In this document: positions 19,758 through 31,426 of the stretch, piece by piece
Layout: each line of letters starts with the position of its first letter
Numbering within the stretch: position 1 is the stretch's first letter
Assembly: GCA_013698185.1 (NCBI GenBank)
Contig: JACCVL010000044.1
Location: 1 to 51,030, forward strand
Direction of reading: 5' to 3'
Length of the DNA stretch: 51,030 nt
Source of the DNA: Nocardioidaceae bacterium
Lineage (GTDB): Bacteria; Actinomycetota; Actinomycetes; Propionibacteriales; Nocardioidaceae
Notes under the pieces: model-generated
What the model saw: the letters and a program-made list of their open reading frames with translations, nothing else
The model's database searches: none
What the model was told of the DNA's origin: nothing
Translations under genes and position numbers: made by a program

Positions 19758-20332
19758 TCCGGCTCGCCCAAGACCCCGAGGCCGATGCGGTCCTGACCCG
19801 GGAGCCCTTCGTGCTGCTGGTGGGCATGCTGCTCGACCAGCAGTACCCGATGGAACGTGCGTTCGCAGGGGCGGCCCGCCTGCGCCAGCGACTAGGCCCC
19901 GAGCACGGCGGCCTGCAGCCCGCAGCGGTGTCGGCACTGCCGGTGCCGGTGCTGATCGAACAGTGCGTCACCCCACCAGCGGTGCATCGTTACCCGGCGG
20001 CGATGGCCCGCCGCATCCACGCCCTCGCCGTGCACATCTGCGACGAGTACGGAGCCGACACCACCGCGGTGTGGCGCAACGCCCGCGATGGCGCGCAGCT
20101 GCGCGGTCGACTGCTCGCTCTGCCCGGCTTCGGCCCGCAGAAGTCCCGCATCTTCGTCGCGCTGCTCGGCAAGCAGCTCGGGATCCAGCCTGAGGGCTGG
20201 CGGGAGGCGGCCGGAGACTATGGCCAGCCTGGTTCCTATCGCTCGGTTGCCGACGTTGTCGACGCCTCGTCACTGGCTCGGGTTCGCGAGTTCAAGCAAG
20301 AGCAGAAGCGGCAGCCGCACGTCGACTCGTGA
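19754..20332 (+). CDS. HhH-GPD-type base-excision-repair family protein
   Basis: The GTG start overlaps the USP stop (GTGA). The LPGFGPQKSRIF helix-hairpin-helix motif is present. Confidence 0.7.
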   Translation: MIRLAQDPEADAVLTREPFVLLVGMLLDQQYPMERAFAGAARLRQRLGPEHGGLQPAAVSALPVPVLIEQCVTPPAVHRYPAAMARRIHALAVHICDEYGADTTAVWRNARDGAQLRGRLLALPGFGPQKSRIFVALLGKQLGIQPEGWREAAGDYGQPGSYRSVADVVDASSLARVREFKQEQKRQPHVDS

Positions 20333-20457
20333 TGGCTGCCGCTCGACCGGCGTGGCCCCGGTATCGACCAGCACGGACACATGGCACACTGGACACAGCT
20401 CGCGCTTGACTAGAGCCGGCTTCGTTGCGCCCAAGATTCTTTGTCGAGAGGTCCTCC

Positions 20458-21975
20458 GTGTCATCCGAACCCTCCCCGAAGTTGGCCGATCCGGTGTTTG
20501 ATCACCCGCAGCTGCGCGAACTGCTTGACACCGGTCGGGCTCGAGGAGAGGTCGGCGCCGCCGAGGTGCGTGCCGCGGCGGAGGCCGGCGGGATCGGACC
20601 GGCGCGGTATAAGGACCTGCTCCGGCTGCTGTCGCAGGAAGGAATCTCCATCCCGGTCTCCGCTGTGAACACCGCCCCTGCCCGCCGCCGCGCGGTGGCC
20701 GCCGCCGCGCGGACGAAGTCGACCGTGACGGCCTCGACCACGACGAAGGCGCCGGCCAAGAAACCGGCGGCCAAGAGGACACCGGCAAAGCGGACGGCGG
20801 CAAAGAAGGCCGCCGCCGAGACGACCACAACCTCGCCGCCGGCTGACAGCCCCGAATCGTCGGCCGTACTCGACTCCGCCGCTGCGATCGCCGCCTCGGC
20901 GCCGGTCGGACCCGACGGCGCCCGGGTCCTTCCCGACGTCGACGACACCGTGTTCGAGAAGGATCTCGCCGACGACCCGACGCTCAAGGAGGATGAGAAG
21001 AAGGGCTTCGTCTTGTCGCAGTCCGACGGCCGCGACGAGCCGGAGCCGCAGGTCATGGTGGCCGGCGCCACCGCCGACCCCGTCAAGGACTACCTGAAGC
21101 AGATCGGCAAGGTCTCGCTGCTTAACGCTGCGCAGGAGGTGGAGCTGGCCAAGCGCATCGAGGGTGGGCTGTTCAGCGAGGAGAAGCTCGCCAAGGGCGG
21201 CAAGATCTCAGCCAAGCTTCTCGAGGAGCTGCAGTGGATCGCCGAGGACGGCCGGCGGGCCAAGAACCACCTGCTGGAGGCCAACCTCCGCCTGGTGGTC
21301 AGCCTGGCCAAGCGCTACACCGGCCGGGGCATGTTGTTCCTCGACCTGATCCAGGAGGGCAACCTGGGCCTGATCCGTGCGGTGGAGAAGTTCGACTACA
21401 CCAAGGGGTACAAGTTCTCGACGTATGCCACCTGGTGGATCCGGCAGGCGATCACCCGGGCGATGGCCGACCAGGCCCGGACGATCCGCATCCCGGTGCA
21501 CATGGTCGAGGTCATCAACAAGCTCGCCCGCGTGCAACGTCAGATGCTGCAGGATCTCGGCCGCGAGCCGACCCCCGAGGAGCTGGCCACCGAGCTCGAC
21601 ATGACCCCGGAGAAGGTCGTCGAGGTGCAGAAGTACGGTCGCGAGCCGATCAGCCTGCACACCCCCCTGGGCGAGGACGGCGACTCCGAGTTCGGCGACC
21701 TGATCGAGGACTCCGAGGCGATCGTGCCGGCCGACGCGGTGAGCTTCACGCTGCTGCAGGAGCAGCTGCACGCCGTCCTCGACACGCTGTCCGAGCGTGA
21801 GGCCGGCGTGGTCTCGATGCGGTTCGGGCTCACCGACGGCCAGCCCAAGACTTTGGACGAGATCGGCAAGGTGTACGGCGTCACCCGCGAGCGCATCCGC
21901 CAGATCGAGTCCAAGACCATGAGTAAGCTACGCCACCCCTCCCGGTCGCAGGTCCTGCGCGACTACCTGGACTGA
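20458..21975 (+). CDS. sigA: Principal (group-1) RNA polymerase sigma factor
   Basis: GTG start after GAGAGG. Lys/Ala/Pro-rich N-terminal region. Region 2 [29 protein letters not shown] and region 4.2 [23 protein letters not shown]. Confidence 0.95.
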   Translation: MSSEPSPKLADPVFDHPQLRELLDTGRARGEVGAAEVRAAAEAGGIGPARYKDLLRLLSQEGISIPVSAVNTAPARRRAVAAAARTKSTVTASTTTKAPAKKPAAKRTPAKRTAAKKAAAETTTTSPPADSPESSAVLDSAAAIAASAPVGPDGARVLPDVDDTVFEKDLADDPTLKEDEKKGFVLSQSDGRDEPEPQVMVAGATADPVKDYLKQIGKVSLLNAAQEVELAKRIEGGLFSEEKLAKGGKISAKLLEELQWIAEDGRRAKNHLLEANLRLVVSLAKRYTGRGMLFLDLIQEGNLGLIRAVEKFDYTKGYKFSTYATWWIRQAITRAMADQARTIRIPVHMVEVINKLARVQRQMLQDLGREPTPEELATELDMTPEKVVEVQKYGREPISLHTPLGEDGDSEFGDLIEDSEAIVPADAVSFTLLQEQLHAVLDTLSEREAGVVSMRFGLTDGQPKTLDEIGKVYGVTRERIRQIESKTMSKLRHPSRSQVLRDYLD

Positions 21976-21989
21976 CGAAAGGAACCACG

Positions 21990-22139
21990 ATGGGTATTTT
22001 CAGCAAGATCGCCAAGGTCGGTATCGCCAAGAAGGTCATCGACGAGGCACGCAAGCCGGAGAACCAGGCCAAGCTCAAGCGCGGGGTCGAGCAGGCGAAG
22101 ACCTACGCCGCCGAGCGCAAGGGCAAGCGCTCTCGCTGA
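21990..22139 (+). CDS. Unannotated 49-aa Lys/Arg-rich small protein (MGIFSKIAKVGIAKKVIDEARKPENQAKLKRGVEQAKTYAAERKGKRSR)
   Basis: Below the ORF-track size cut-off. ATG preceded by GAAAGGAA. Third-codon positions are overwhelmingly G/C, as in the neighbouring genes. Confidence 0.6.
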   Translation: MGIFSKIAKVGIAKKVIDEARKPENQAKLKRGVEQAKTYAAERKGKRSR

Positions 22140-22152
22140 GGAGGTTGCTTGC

Positions 22153-22635
22153 TCACGCCACAGCGAGTACGGCGAGCCAGCCGACGACAATGAGCAAGGC
22201 GGCGGTGAGCTCGACGAGGATCGACAGCCCGACGGCTCGCACGGCCCGCCCGGTAGAGGTCCTAGCGGCGACCCGGTCGGCGAGACGCCGTCGCTCAGCC
22301 AGATAGACACCCGCCACGAACCCGATCGGCAACCCGATGACGGGTATGACGAAGAAGCCCAGCAGTGCTCCAAGGCCCCCGACGAGCAGCGTGGCCGTGG
22401 GCACGCCCGCGCGCTGCAGCCGTCGTCCCGGCACGACGTACTTCAGCACCTGCGCGCCGACGGCGACGGCTGAGGCCACGACGAGCAGGCTGTATGCCGC
22501 GACGCCGCCCTCCACGACCGCCCAGCCGGCCACGCCGCCCCACACCAGCAACAGGCCGGGCAGGAGCGGCACGACGACGCCGACCAGACCGACAAGGATG
22601 ACCAGCCCGGCCAGGACCACGGGCCAGGTCATCAT
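22153..22635 (-). CDS. DUF456-family membrane protein
   Basis: 160 aa with four hydrophobic segments. GLVGVVVPLLPGLLLVWGG is typical of DUF456. Confidence 0.75.
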   Translation of the reverse strand: MMTWPVVLAGLVILVGLVGVVVPLLPGLLLVWGGVAGWAVVEGGVAAYSLLVVASAVAVGAQVLKYVVPGRRLQRAGVPTATLLVGGLGALLGFFVIPVIGLPIGFVAGVYLAERRRLADRVAARTSTGRAVRAVGLSILVELTAALLIVVGWLAVLAVA

Positions 22636-22732
22636 GTCCTGAGTGTGCCTGCACGCGACATCCGCGCGCCATGAGACCCCGGGTCAAGGACGCCGGGGTC
22701 TCGTGGGAAGGGTGGAGGAGGTGCGCGCTGGA

Positions 22733-22957
22733 CTAACCCACGGAGTCGGCCGTGGAGCTGCCCTGAAGCCGCTCGGTCTCGTCTTGGATGGCGGCCGCTA
22801 CCGCGCGGAGGGCGTCGTTGTGCTCGCGCCCGTGGTGGGCGCAGAAGTACAGCTCTGCCCCGCTAGGCATCTCGACTCGCAGGTATGCCTGCGCCCCGCA
22901 GCGGTCGCAGCGGTCAGCGGCGGTGAGGGCTGGACCCGGAGCAACTGCTGTCGTCAC
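22733..22957 (-). CDS. Small conserved actinobacterial Cys/His-rich protein (DUF7455-like)
   Basis: 74 aa, GTG start. A CDRCG...FCAHHG pattern suggests a zinc ribbon. It lies next to a parE-like gene, as in other actinomycetes (from memory). Confidence 0.65.
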   Translation of the reverse strand: MTTAVAPGPALTAADRCDRCGAQAYLRVEMPSGAELYFCAHHGREHNDALRAVAAAIQDETERLQGSSTADSVG

Positions 22958-23280
22958 GTCTGACCTCGTTCCGTCTCGGCTCGAAGAGCCGGGTGCTTAC
23001 ACCCGTACCCACACGGACTTCAACATCGAACCACGCTCCAGGCTTCCCGCTATGCATTTCCATGCATGTGATGCGCGACCCACCTGTCACGTCCTGGTGG
23101 ACAACCGGCCTCTTCGTCGGTCCTCACCCAGCACTTCGATTCTGCCTCGACCATGGCGTGGTCGCGACTCATCCTCGCATCGTGGACCCGATGACGCGCA
23201 CACGGTGTGCGCCACGCCCAAGAATCCACCGTCTGGCGGAGACCCTGGGCCGACCGGCGCGCTGCGGTGTCAGTGTCGAC

Positions 23281-25392
<2,112 letters not shown>

Positions 25393-27154
25393 GGTGCGGC
25401 CGCGCCCCGGAAGACCACGAGCGCCAGCACGCCGGCCAGCGTCGCGCAGGCCATGGCTCCGAGAAAGACGACCTCGAGCTGCTCGAGCCCGGCGGCACGC
25501 AGCCGCTCGCCGTACTCCGGGCACGTGGTCGGGTCTGCCGGGCACAGCTCGGCCACGGGCGGGACCGCCTCGGCGATGGCATAGAAGCGGCGCAGCCCGA
25601 TCGCGGTGAGGACAGAGATGCCGACCAGCATGCCGACCATGCGAGAGACGACGAGCAACGCGCTGGAGACTCCGTGCACACCCCGGTCGGTGGCCGCCAG
25701 CAGCGCGGCGTTCACCGGTGCCAGCGCGAGCCCGAAGCCGAGACCCGCCAGCACGAGGGGAACGGTCGCCAGCGGTGAGCGCAGGGCGTCGGCGTCCCAG
25801 GCTGCCATCCCGGCGAAGCCGGCCGCTGCCAATGCCATCCCGATCGCCGTCAGGGGCCCGGCAGCGATACGACGGGTGAGTGCGCCACCCAGCACGGCCC
25901 CGACCGGCAGGGCGGCCAGGAAACGCACGAGCACCAGGGCCGCGGCCACCTGGGAGTCCCCGTAGATCGTCAGCCGGGCGTAGAACGGGATGTCGACGAG
26001 CGCGGCGATCAGCGCAGCCCCGACGAGGAACGACACCCCCAACGCGCCCCGGGCGGCGCGCGCGCGCAGGCTGCCTCGGGGGATCAAGGGGTGGGCGGAG
26101 GTCTGCTGGCGCCGGGCAAAGGCAAGCGCTGCGACCGCCGCGGCCAGCAACCACCACCATCCACGCTCGGACAGCACCGCCACCTCGGGGTCGGCCGACG
26201 CGAAGGCCACGATCACACCGGCGAGCGCCCCGCCGAGCAGCAGGGCACCGGCCAGGTCGGTCTGCGCCGCGACACCGTGCCACTGCCGCCAGGCGAGAAG
26301 TGGGCGGGCGGCGGTGAGCTGCCGCAGGACGAAGGCGGCGCCGAGCGCGTACACGCCGAACGCCAGCGGGGTGAGCCAGCGCGAGCCGCCGAGCACCGGC
26401 AGAAACGCCTGACCCCAGAAGACGTCGGTGACCAGTGCGCCGGGCTGGCGCATCACGGTGGCGAGCCCGGCCAGCGCGACGCCGGCGACGACCGCACCGA
26501 GCCAGTCCGGCCAGGGCCGGCCGGGTCGGGGCCGCGAGCTGGGATGCTCGGCGGTGCCCCCCGCGTCGGGGGTCCCGGCCGACCGTACGATCGCGGCGGC
26601 CAGCACCAGCGCGACGGTCAGGTTGACCCAGAAGATCGCCCGCCAGTCGGCGACCGCGAGCACCAGCGCGCCGAACAGCGGGCCGAGGACCGACCCCAGC
26701 TCCTGCACGGCGCCCACCACGCCGAGCGGGAGTCCCCGCCGCTCAACGGGCCACAGGTCGGCCACCAGGGCCAGCGTGGCCGGCACCAGTCCGCCCCCGC
26801 CGACACCCTGGACGAACCGCCCGGTGACCATCGTCGGCAGGTCGTAGGCGGCGGCAGTCACCAGCGAACCGGCGGCGAAGATGACGAGGGAGCCCACCAG
26901 CACCGGTGACCGCCCCCGCAGGTCCGCGATGCGGCCGATGAGGGGAAGCATGCCGACATAGCCGAGCAGGAACCCGGAGATCAGCGGCGCGGCGCGTTGC
27001 AGCTCATCGCTGGACAGGCCGGCGGCACTCATCATGTCGGGTAGCGCGAGCACCACCACGTAGGTGTCGGCGGCAGCGAAGGCCACCGCCACGCCAGCCA
27101 GGGCCAGCAGCAGCCTGCTACGCAGATCGACTCCGGTGCCGGCCACGATGCCGG

Positions 27155-27916
27155 TCAGGCGCCGACGTCGCCGGCACTGGCCGCACCGGTCTCGGCACCC
27201 GACTCCGACGGCAGCACGATGTCGACGGCCTCGTCCGACGCGGTCACGGTGAGGTCGTAGGTGACGTCGGCGCCACCGGGGTAGAAGGGTCCGGTGACGG
27301 CCGCGTCCCGCAACGTCTCGCCGTCGGTGAGCCGGTAGGTCACCTCGAAGTCGCTGGCCCTGTCGGCGGTCGGTATCAGCTGCCGCACCACGGCTCCGGG
27401 CAGCGTGCCACTGACAGTGGTCAAGATGTCCTCGCCGTCGCGGCTCTCGTCCCCGGCCATCGGCTTCTCAGTCGAGGTCAGCCACGACGACACCCCATGC
27501 TGGGTGTCCAGCAGCTCGGCCGGATCCGGTGCGCCGTAGTCGTCGGGGTCGATGGGGGCGTAGGTGGGCACGAAACCGATCTTTGCCTCGACATGGCCGC
27601 GGACGGAGACCAGATCGGCGTCGACCTGACCCAGACCCCCCGACACGACGGTCACGACGCCCTCGAAGGCCGGGTCGTGGTTGCCGACGCCGGCGGCCTC
27701 GACCAAACCCACCGTGCCGTCGGGCAGGTTGTCGGAGACCAGCCGGATCTGCAGGCTGGTGGCCTCGTCGAGCCCGGTACGCGCCGCGGCCAGCCGGGCA
27801 GCCACGTCCTCGTTGGCGTCCGGCTGTGCCGGACTGTTCCCGGAGCAGCCGGCGACCAGCGACACCAGCACCGCGGCCAGGCCGCTCAGGGCTCGCGCAT
27901 GGGTGGTCAGCGACAC
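27155..27916 (-). CDS. lprG: LppX/LprAFG-family lipoprotein (LprG-like)
   Basis: 253 aa. Signal peptide with lipobox LVAGC. Family-typical length and beta-rich sequence. Confidence 0.8.
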   Translation of the reverse strand: MSLTTHARALSGLAAVLVSLVAGCSGNSPAQPDANEDVAARLAAARTGLDEATSLQIRLVSDNLPDGTVGLVEAAGVGNHDPAFEGVVTVVSGGLGQVDADLVSVRGHVEAKIGFVPTYAPIDPDDYGAPDPAELLDTQHGVSSWLTSTEKPMAGDESRDGEDILTTVSGTLPGAVVRQLIPTADRASDFEVTYRLTDGETLRDAAVTGPFYPGGADVTYDLTVTASDEAVDIVLPSESGAETGAASAGDVGA

Positions 27917-27947
27917 GCCCGCAGCCTCTCACGACGACCACCCTCGA

Positions 27948-30431
27948 TCATGCCGGTGGCACCTGGGCGGCCACAGGCGCTGCGACCGCGCTGATGGGCT
28001 GCTCCGCCGGGGTCCCCGACCCATCGCGCCGGGAGTCCACAGCCGGCAGCTCCACGACTGCGCCGCTGCTCGCGGTCGCCAGCGCCGGGCCGGTGCCCAC
28101 CCACGCCAGCAGCAACCGGTCCTCGCCGGTGAGCAGGCGGTGGCACCGGACGCCACCGGTGCCGCGACCCTTGGCGGGGTAGCCCGCAAAGGCCGTCACC
28201 TTGACCGTCCCCGCCTGGGTGCCGGGAAGGGCGCCCGCCGACCCCGCCACCGTCACCACTTCGGCGGCGTCGGCAGCGGCGGCACCGCCCACGACGCCGA
28301 AGAACAGCGCCTCGGCGCCGCCGGCCAGGCGTACGCCGGCGACACCTCCGCCGCCGCGCCCCTGCGGACGCACGCCCGCGGCGGGGAACCGCAGCAGCTG
28401 GGCGTCAGAGGTGACGAAGACTGCCCAGGCGTCGACGGCCTCGGTGCCGATCCGGGCGGCTCCTACCACGCGGTCCCCGTCGTCAAGGCGGATGACGTCC
28501 CAGATGTCCTTGTTGGTCGGATGGTCCGGCTGGACCCGCTTGACCACCCCGCGGGCCGTGCCCAGGACCGGACTCACCGCGTCGTCGAGCGCGAGCAGGC
28601 ACAGCACCCGTTCGTCGGCGTCCAGCGCAAGGAACTCACTGACCGGCGCCCCGCCCTGCAGGTGCGGGGCGTGTGCGGTGCCTGGCAACCTCGGCAGGTC
28701 GAGGACGCCGAGGCGGTGCACCCGCCCGGCGCTGGTGAGGGCGCCGACCTGGCCGCGGGCCGTCGTACGCGCGACCGACAGCACGGCGTCGTGCCGGTTG
28801 CGGTCACCGCCCTGGCCGGGTGCGTCGTCGGTCGAGGTGCGGGCCAGCAAACCGGTCGCCCCCAGCAGCACCAGGCACGGGTCGTCGCTGACCTCCAGCG
28901 GGGTGCTGGTGGTGACGGTCTGCCCCGCCGACTCCAGCAGCACGGTGCGCCGCGGTGTGCCGAACTGCGTGGCCACGTCGCCCAGCTCGCTGGTGACGGT
29001 GCGGTCCAGCAGCTGAGCGTCGTCGAGGATCGCGTCCAGCTCGTCGAGCGTGGCCTGCAGGTCCGACCGCTCCCGGTCGAGCTCCAGGCGCGAGAACCGC
29101 GTCAGCCGGCGTAGCGGCAGATCGAGGATGTGGGCTGCCTGCAGCTCGGAGAGGTCGAACACGCCCATCAGCCGCTCGCGCGCCTGTGCGGCATCGTCGC
29201 TGCTGCGGATCAGCTGGATCACCTCGTCGATGTCGAGGATGGCGACCAACAGGCCCTGCACCAGGTGCAACCGGTCGGCGGCACGGCCCCGGCGGTGGGT
29301 GCTCCGCCGGCGCACGACCTCGCGCCGGTGGTCGAGATAGACCTGCAGCAGCGCCAGCAGCCCGAGGGTGCGGGGCTGGCCGTCCACCAGGGTGACGGCG
29401 TTGATCCCGAAGGAGTCCTCCATCGGCGTGAGCCGGAACAGCTCTTCGCGCACCGCCTCGGCGTTGAAGCCGTTCTTGACCTCGATGACCAGCCGCAGCG
29501 CATCGTTGACGTCGGAGTAGTCGTTGACGGCGGCGATGCCCTGCAGCTTCTTGGTCAGCACCAGGGTCTTGATCCGCTCGACCACTCGCTCGGGGCCCAC
29601 GCCGTACGGCAGCTCGCTCACCACGATGCCCTTGCGTCGGGCAGACACCGACTCGATGCGGGTGGTGGCTCGCATCTTGAACGAGCCGCGCCCGGTGTCG
29701 TAGGCGTCGCGGATGCCGTCGAGCCCGATGATCGTGCCGCCAGTGGGCAGGTCGGGGCCAGGTACGAACCGCATGACGGCGTCGAGGTCGGCGTTGGGGT
29801 GGCTGACGAGGTGCTTGAGCGCGGCGACGACCTCCACAAGGTTGTGCGGGGCCATGTTGGTCGCCATGCCGACCGCGATTCCGGTGGCACCGTTGACCAG
29901 CAGGTTGGGGATGGCGGCGGGCAGCACGACCGGCTCGGTCTCGCGGCTGTCGTAGTTGGGTCGGAAGTCGACGGTGTCCTCGTCGATCGACGCGGTCATC
30001 GCCACCGCCGGGGCGGCCAGCCGGCACTCGGTGTAGCGCATGGCGGCGGGGCCGGAGTCGCTGCTGCCGAAGTTGCCGTGGCCGTCGACGAGCGGCACCC
30101 GCATCGACCAGGGCTGCGCCATCCGTACCAGCGCGTCGTAGATCGCCCCGTCGCCGTGCGGGTGCAGGCGCCCCATCACCTCGCCCACCACCCGCGCGCT
30201 CTTGACGTGCCCGCGGTCCGGCCGCAGGTTGAGCTCGGACATCGTGTGCAGGATGCGGCGCTGGACGGGTTTGAGCCCGTCCCGGGCGTCGGGTAGCGCT
30301 CGGGAGTAGATGACGGAGTAGGCGTACTCGAGAAAGCTGGTGCGCATCTCCTCGCCGACGTCGATGTCGACGACATGCTCCTCGAAGTCGTCCGGTGCAG
30401 GGGTCGTGGTGCGGCGGGCCATGCCGCTCAT
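27948..30431 (-). CDS. parC: Type IIA topoisomerase DNA-cleavage subunit (topoisomerase IV ParC-like / GyrA paralogue)
   Basis: Start [10 protein letters not shown] (or 30422). [23 protein letters not shown], and the catalytic Tyr context [10 protein letters not shown]. The 967-aa ORF in the track is an upstream extension. Confidence 0.88.
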   Translation of the reverse strand: MSGMARRTTTPAPDDFEEHVVDIDVGEEMRTSFLEYAYSVIYSRALPDARDGLKPVQRRILHTMSELNLRPDRGHVKSARVVGEVMGRLHPHGDGAIYDALVRMAQPWSMRVPLVDGHGNFGSSDSGPAAMRYTECRLAAPAVAMTASIDEDTVDFRPNYDSRETEPVVLPAAIPNLLVNGATGIAVGMATNMAPHNLVEVVAALKHLVSHPNADLDAVMRFVPGPDLPTGGTIIGLDGIRDAYDTGRGSFKMRATTRIESVSARRKGIVVSELPYGVGPERVVERIKTLVLTKKLQGIAAVNDYSDVNDALRLVIEVKNGFNAEAVREELFRLTPMEDSFGINAVTLVDGQPRTLGLLALLQVYLDHRREVVRRRSTHRRGRAADRLHLVQGLLVAILDIDEVIQLIRSSDDAAQARERLMGVFDLSELQAAHILDLPLRRLTRFSRLELDRERSDLQATLDELDAILDDAQLLDRTVTSELGDVATQFGTPRRTVLLESAGQTVTTSTPLEVSDDPCLVLLGATGLLARTSTDDAPGQGGDRNRHDAVLSVARTTARGQVGALTSAGRVHRLGVLDLPRLPGTAHAPHLQGGAPVSEFLALDADERVLCLLALDDAVSPVLGTARGVVKRVQPDHPTNKDIWDVIRLDDGDRVVGAARIGTEAVDAWAVFVTSDAQLLRFPAAGVRPQGRGGGGVAGVRLAGGAEALFFGVVGGAAAADAAEVVTVAGSAGALPGTQAGTVKVTAFAGYPAKGRGTGGVRCHRLLTGEDRLLLAWVGTGPALATASSGAVVELPAVDSRRDGSGTPAEQPISAVAAPVAAQVPPA

Positions 30432-30509
30432 TGTGGTCGCCGGCACCGACCGGACAGGCCCCGGCACGCGGGCTTGCGCCGTCGAGAGTCCACCGCGAGG
30501 GTGTCCGCC

Positions 30510-31378
30510 ATGAGCACACCGCCACGGATCGCCTGGCTCGGCACCGGACTGATGGGGGCGCCGATGGCGCGCAACACCTCGGCGGCCGGTGCGGATGTCA
30601 CCGTCTGGAACCGGACAGCCGCCAAGGCGGCGCCGTTGGCCGAGCACGGTCTGGGGGTGGTGGGCTCGGCGCTCGAGGCGGCGCAGGGCCGCGACCTGCT
30701 GGTCACCATGCTGGCGGACGCCGACGCGGTGGTCGCCGCGCTGGGCGAGGGGGCGGTGCTGGCGGCGCTGGCCGAGGACGCCGTGTGGATCCAGATGAGC
30801 ACCGTCGGGGTCGACGGGTGCGACCGGCTGGCCGCGCTGGCGCGCGAGCACGAGGTGGCCTTCGTCGACGCTCCGATTTCCGGGACCCGCCAGCCGGCAG
30901 AGGCCAGCTGGCCGTGCTCGCCGCGGAACCTGCAGGCCTCCGCGATCGGTGCGCCGTCGTGCTCGACGCCGTCGGCGCGACCACGACCTGGTACGACGCC
31001 GTCGGCGACGCCAGCCGGCTCAAACTGGTGCTCAACGCCTGGCTGCTCGGACTGCTGGCCGCCTTGGCGGACGCCATCCGGCTGGCCGAGCTGGTCGGGG
31101 TCGACCCGGCGGCCTTCCTCGACACCATCGACGGTGGCCCGCTGGGCCCTGCGTACGCCCAGCTCAAGGGTGGCGCGATGCTGGCGCGCAGCTATCCGGC
31201 GGCCTTTCCGCTCGCGATGGCCGCCAAGGACGCCGGGTTGGTGCAGGCCGCGGTCGCGGAGGCGGGTGCGGAGCTGGGGGTGGCAGACGCGGTGGCGGCC
31301 CTGCTCCGTCGCGGCGTCGACGCCGGCCACGGTAACGACGACATGGCCGCCGTGGTCGAGGTGTTGCGCCCGGCGTGA
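30510..31378 (+). pseudogene. NAD(P)-dependent 3-hydroxyisobutyrate/6-phosphogluconate dehydrogenase-family oxidoreductase, frame broken by one 1-nt deletion (or by a sequence error)
   Basis: The N-terminal Rossmann [16 protein letters not shown] reads in frame 0 up to ...[12 protein letters not shown]. The C-terminal half [10 protein letters not shown]...LKLVLNAW...AMAAKDAGL reads in frame -1. Adding one G in GAG(G)GCCAG at ~30900 restores a 289-aa protein. Confidence 0.8.
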
Positions 31379-31380
31379 GA

Positions 31381-31424
31381 GCGACCAGAATCCGCGGATC
31401 GTGCGACCAGAATCCGCGGATCGT
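31381..31424. repeat. Perfect 22-bp tandem duplication (gcgaccagaatccgcggatcgt x2), each unit containing the 10-bp palindrome ATCCGCGGAT
   Basis: Read directly. It fills almost the whole 48-nt spacer between two convergent stop codons. Confidence 0.95.
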
Positions 31425-31426
31425 GG

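Noticed and set aside
20406-20438. TTGACT at 20406-20411 as the -35 of a sigA promoter.
   Set aside because: No TANNNT hexamer lies at 16-19 nt spacing; the nearest candidates are at 20-21 nt. I did not call it as a feature.
27948-30851. Long N-terminal extensions in the ORF track: parC 967 aa, livM 572 aa, DUF554 406 aa, dinB 603 aa, hemH 566 aa, rpsA 569 aa, GCS2 621 aa, parE 799 aa.
   Set aside because: The extensions are Arg/Pro-rich, overlap neighbouring genes, and precede canonical family N-termini that have their own start codons and RBS. I treated them as open upstream frame rather than coding.
31381-31424. The 22-bp tandem repeat as a CRISPR fragment or integration att site.
   Set aside because: There are only two directly abutting copies with no spacer, no cas, integrase or tRNA gene nearby, and no second copy in the window.
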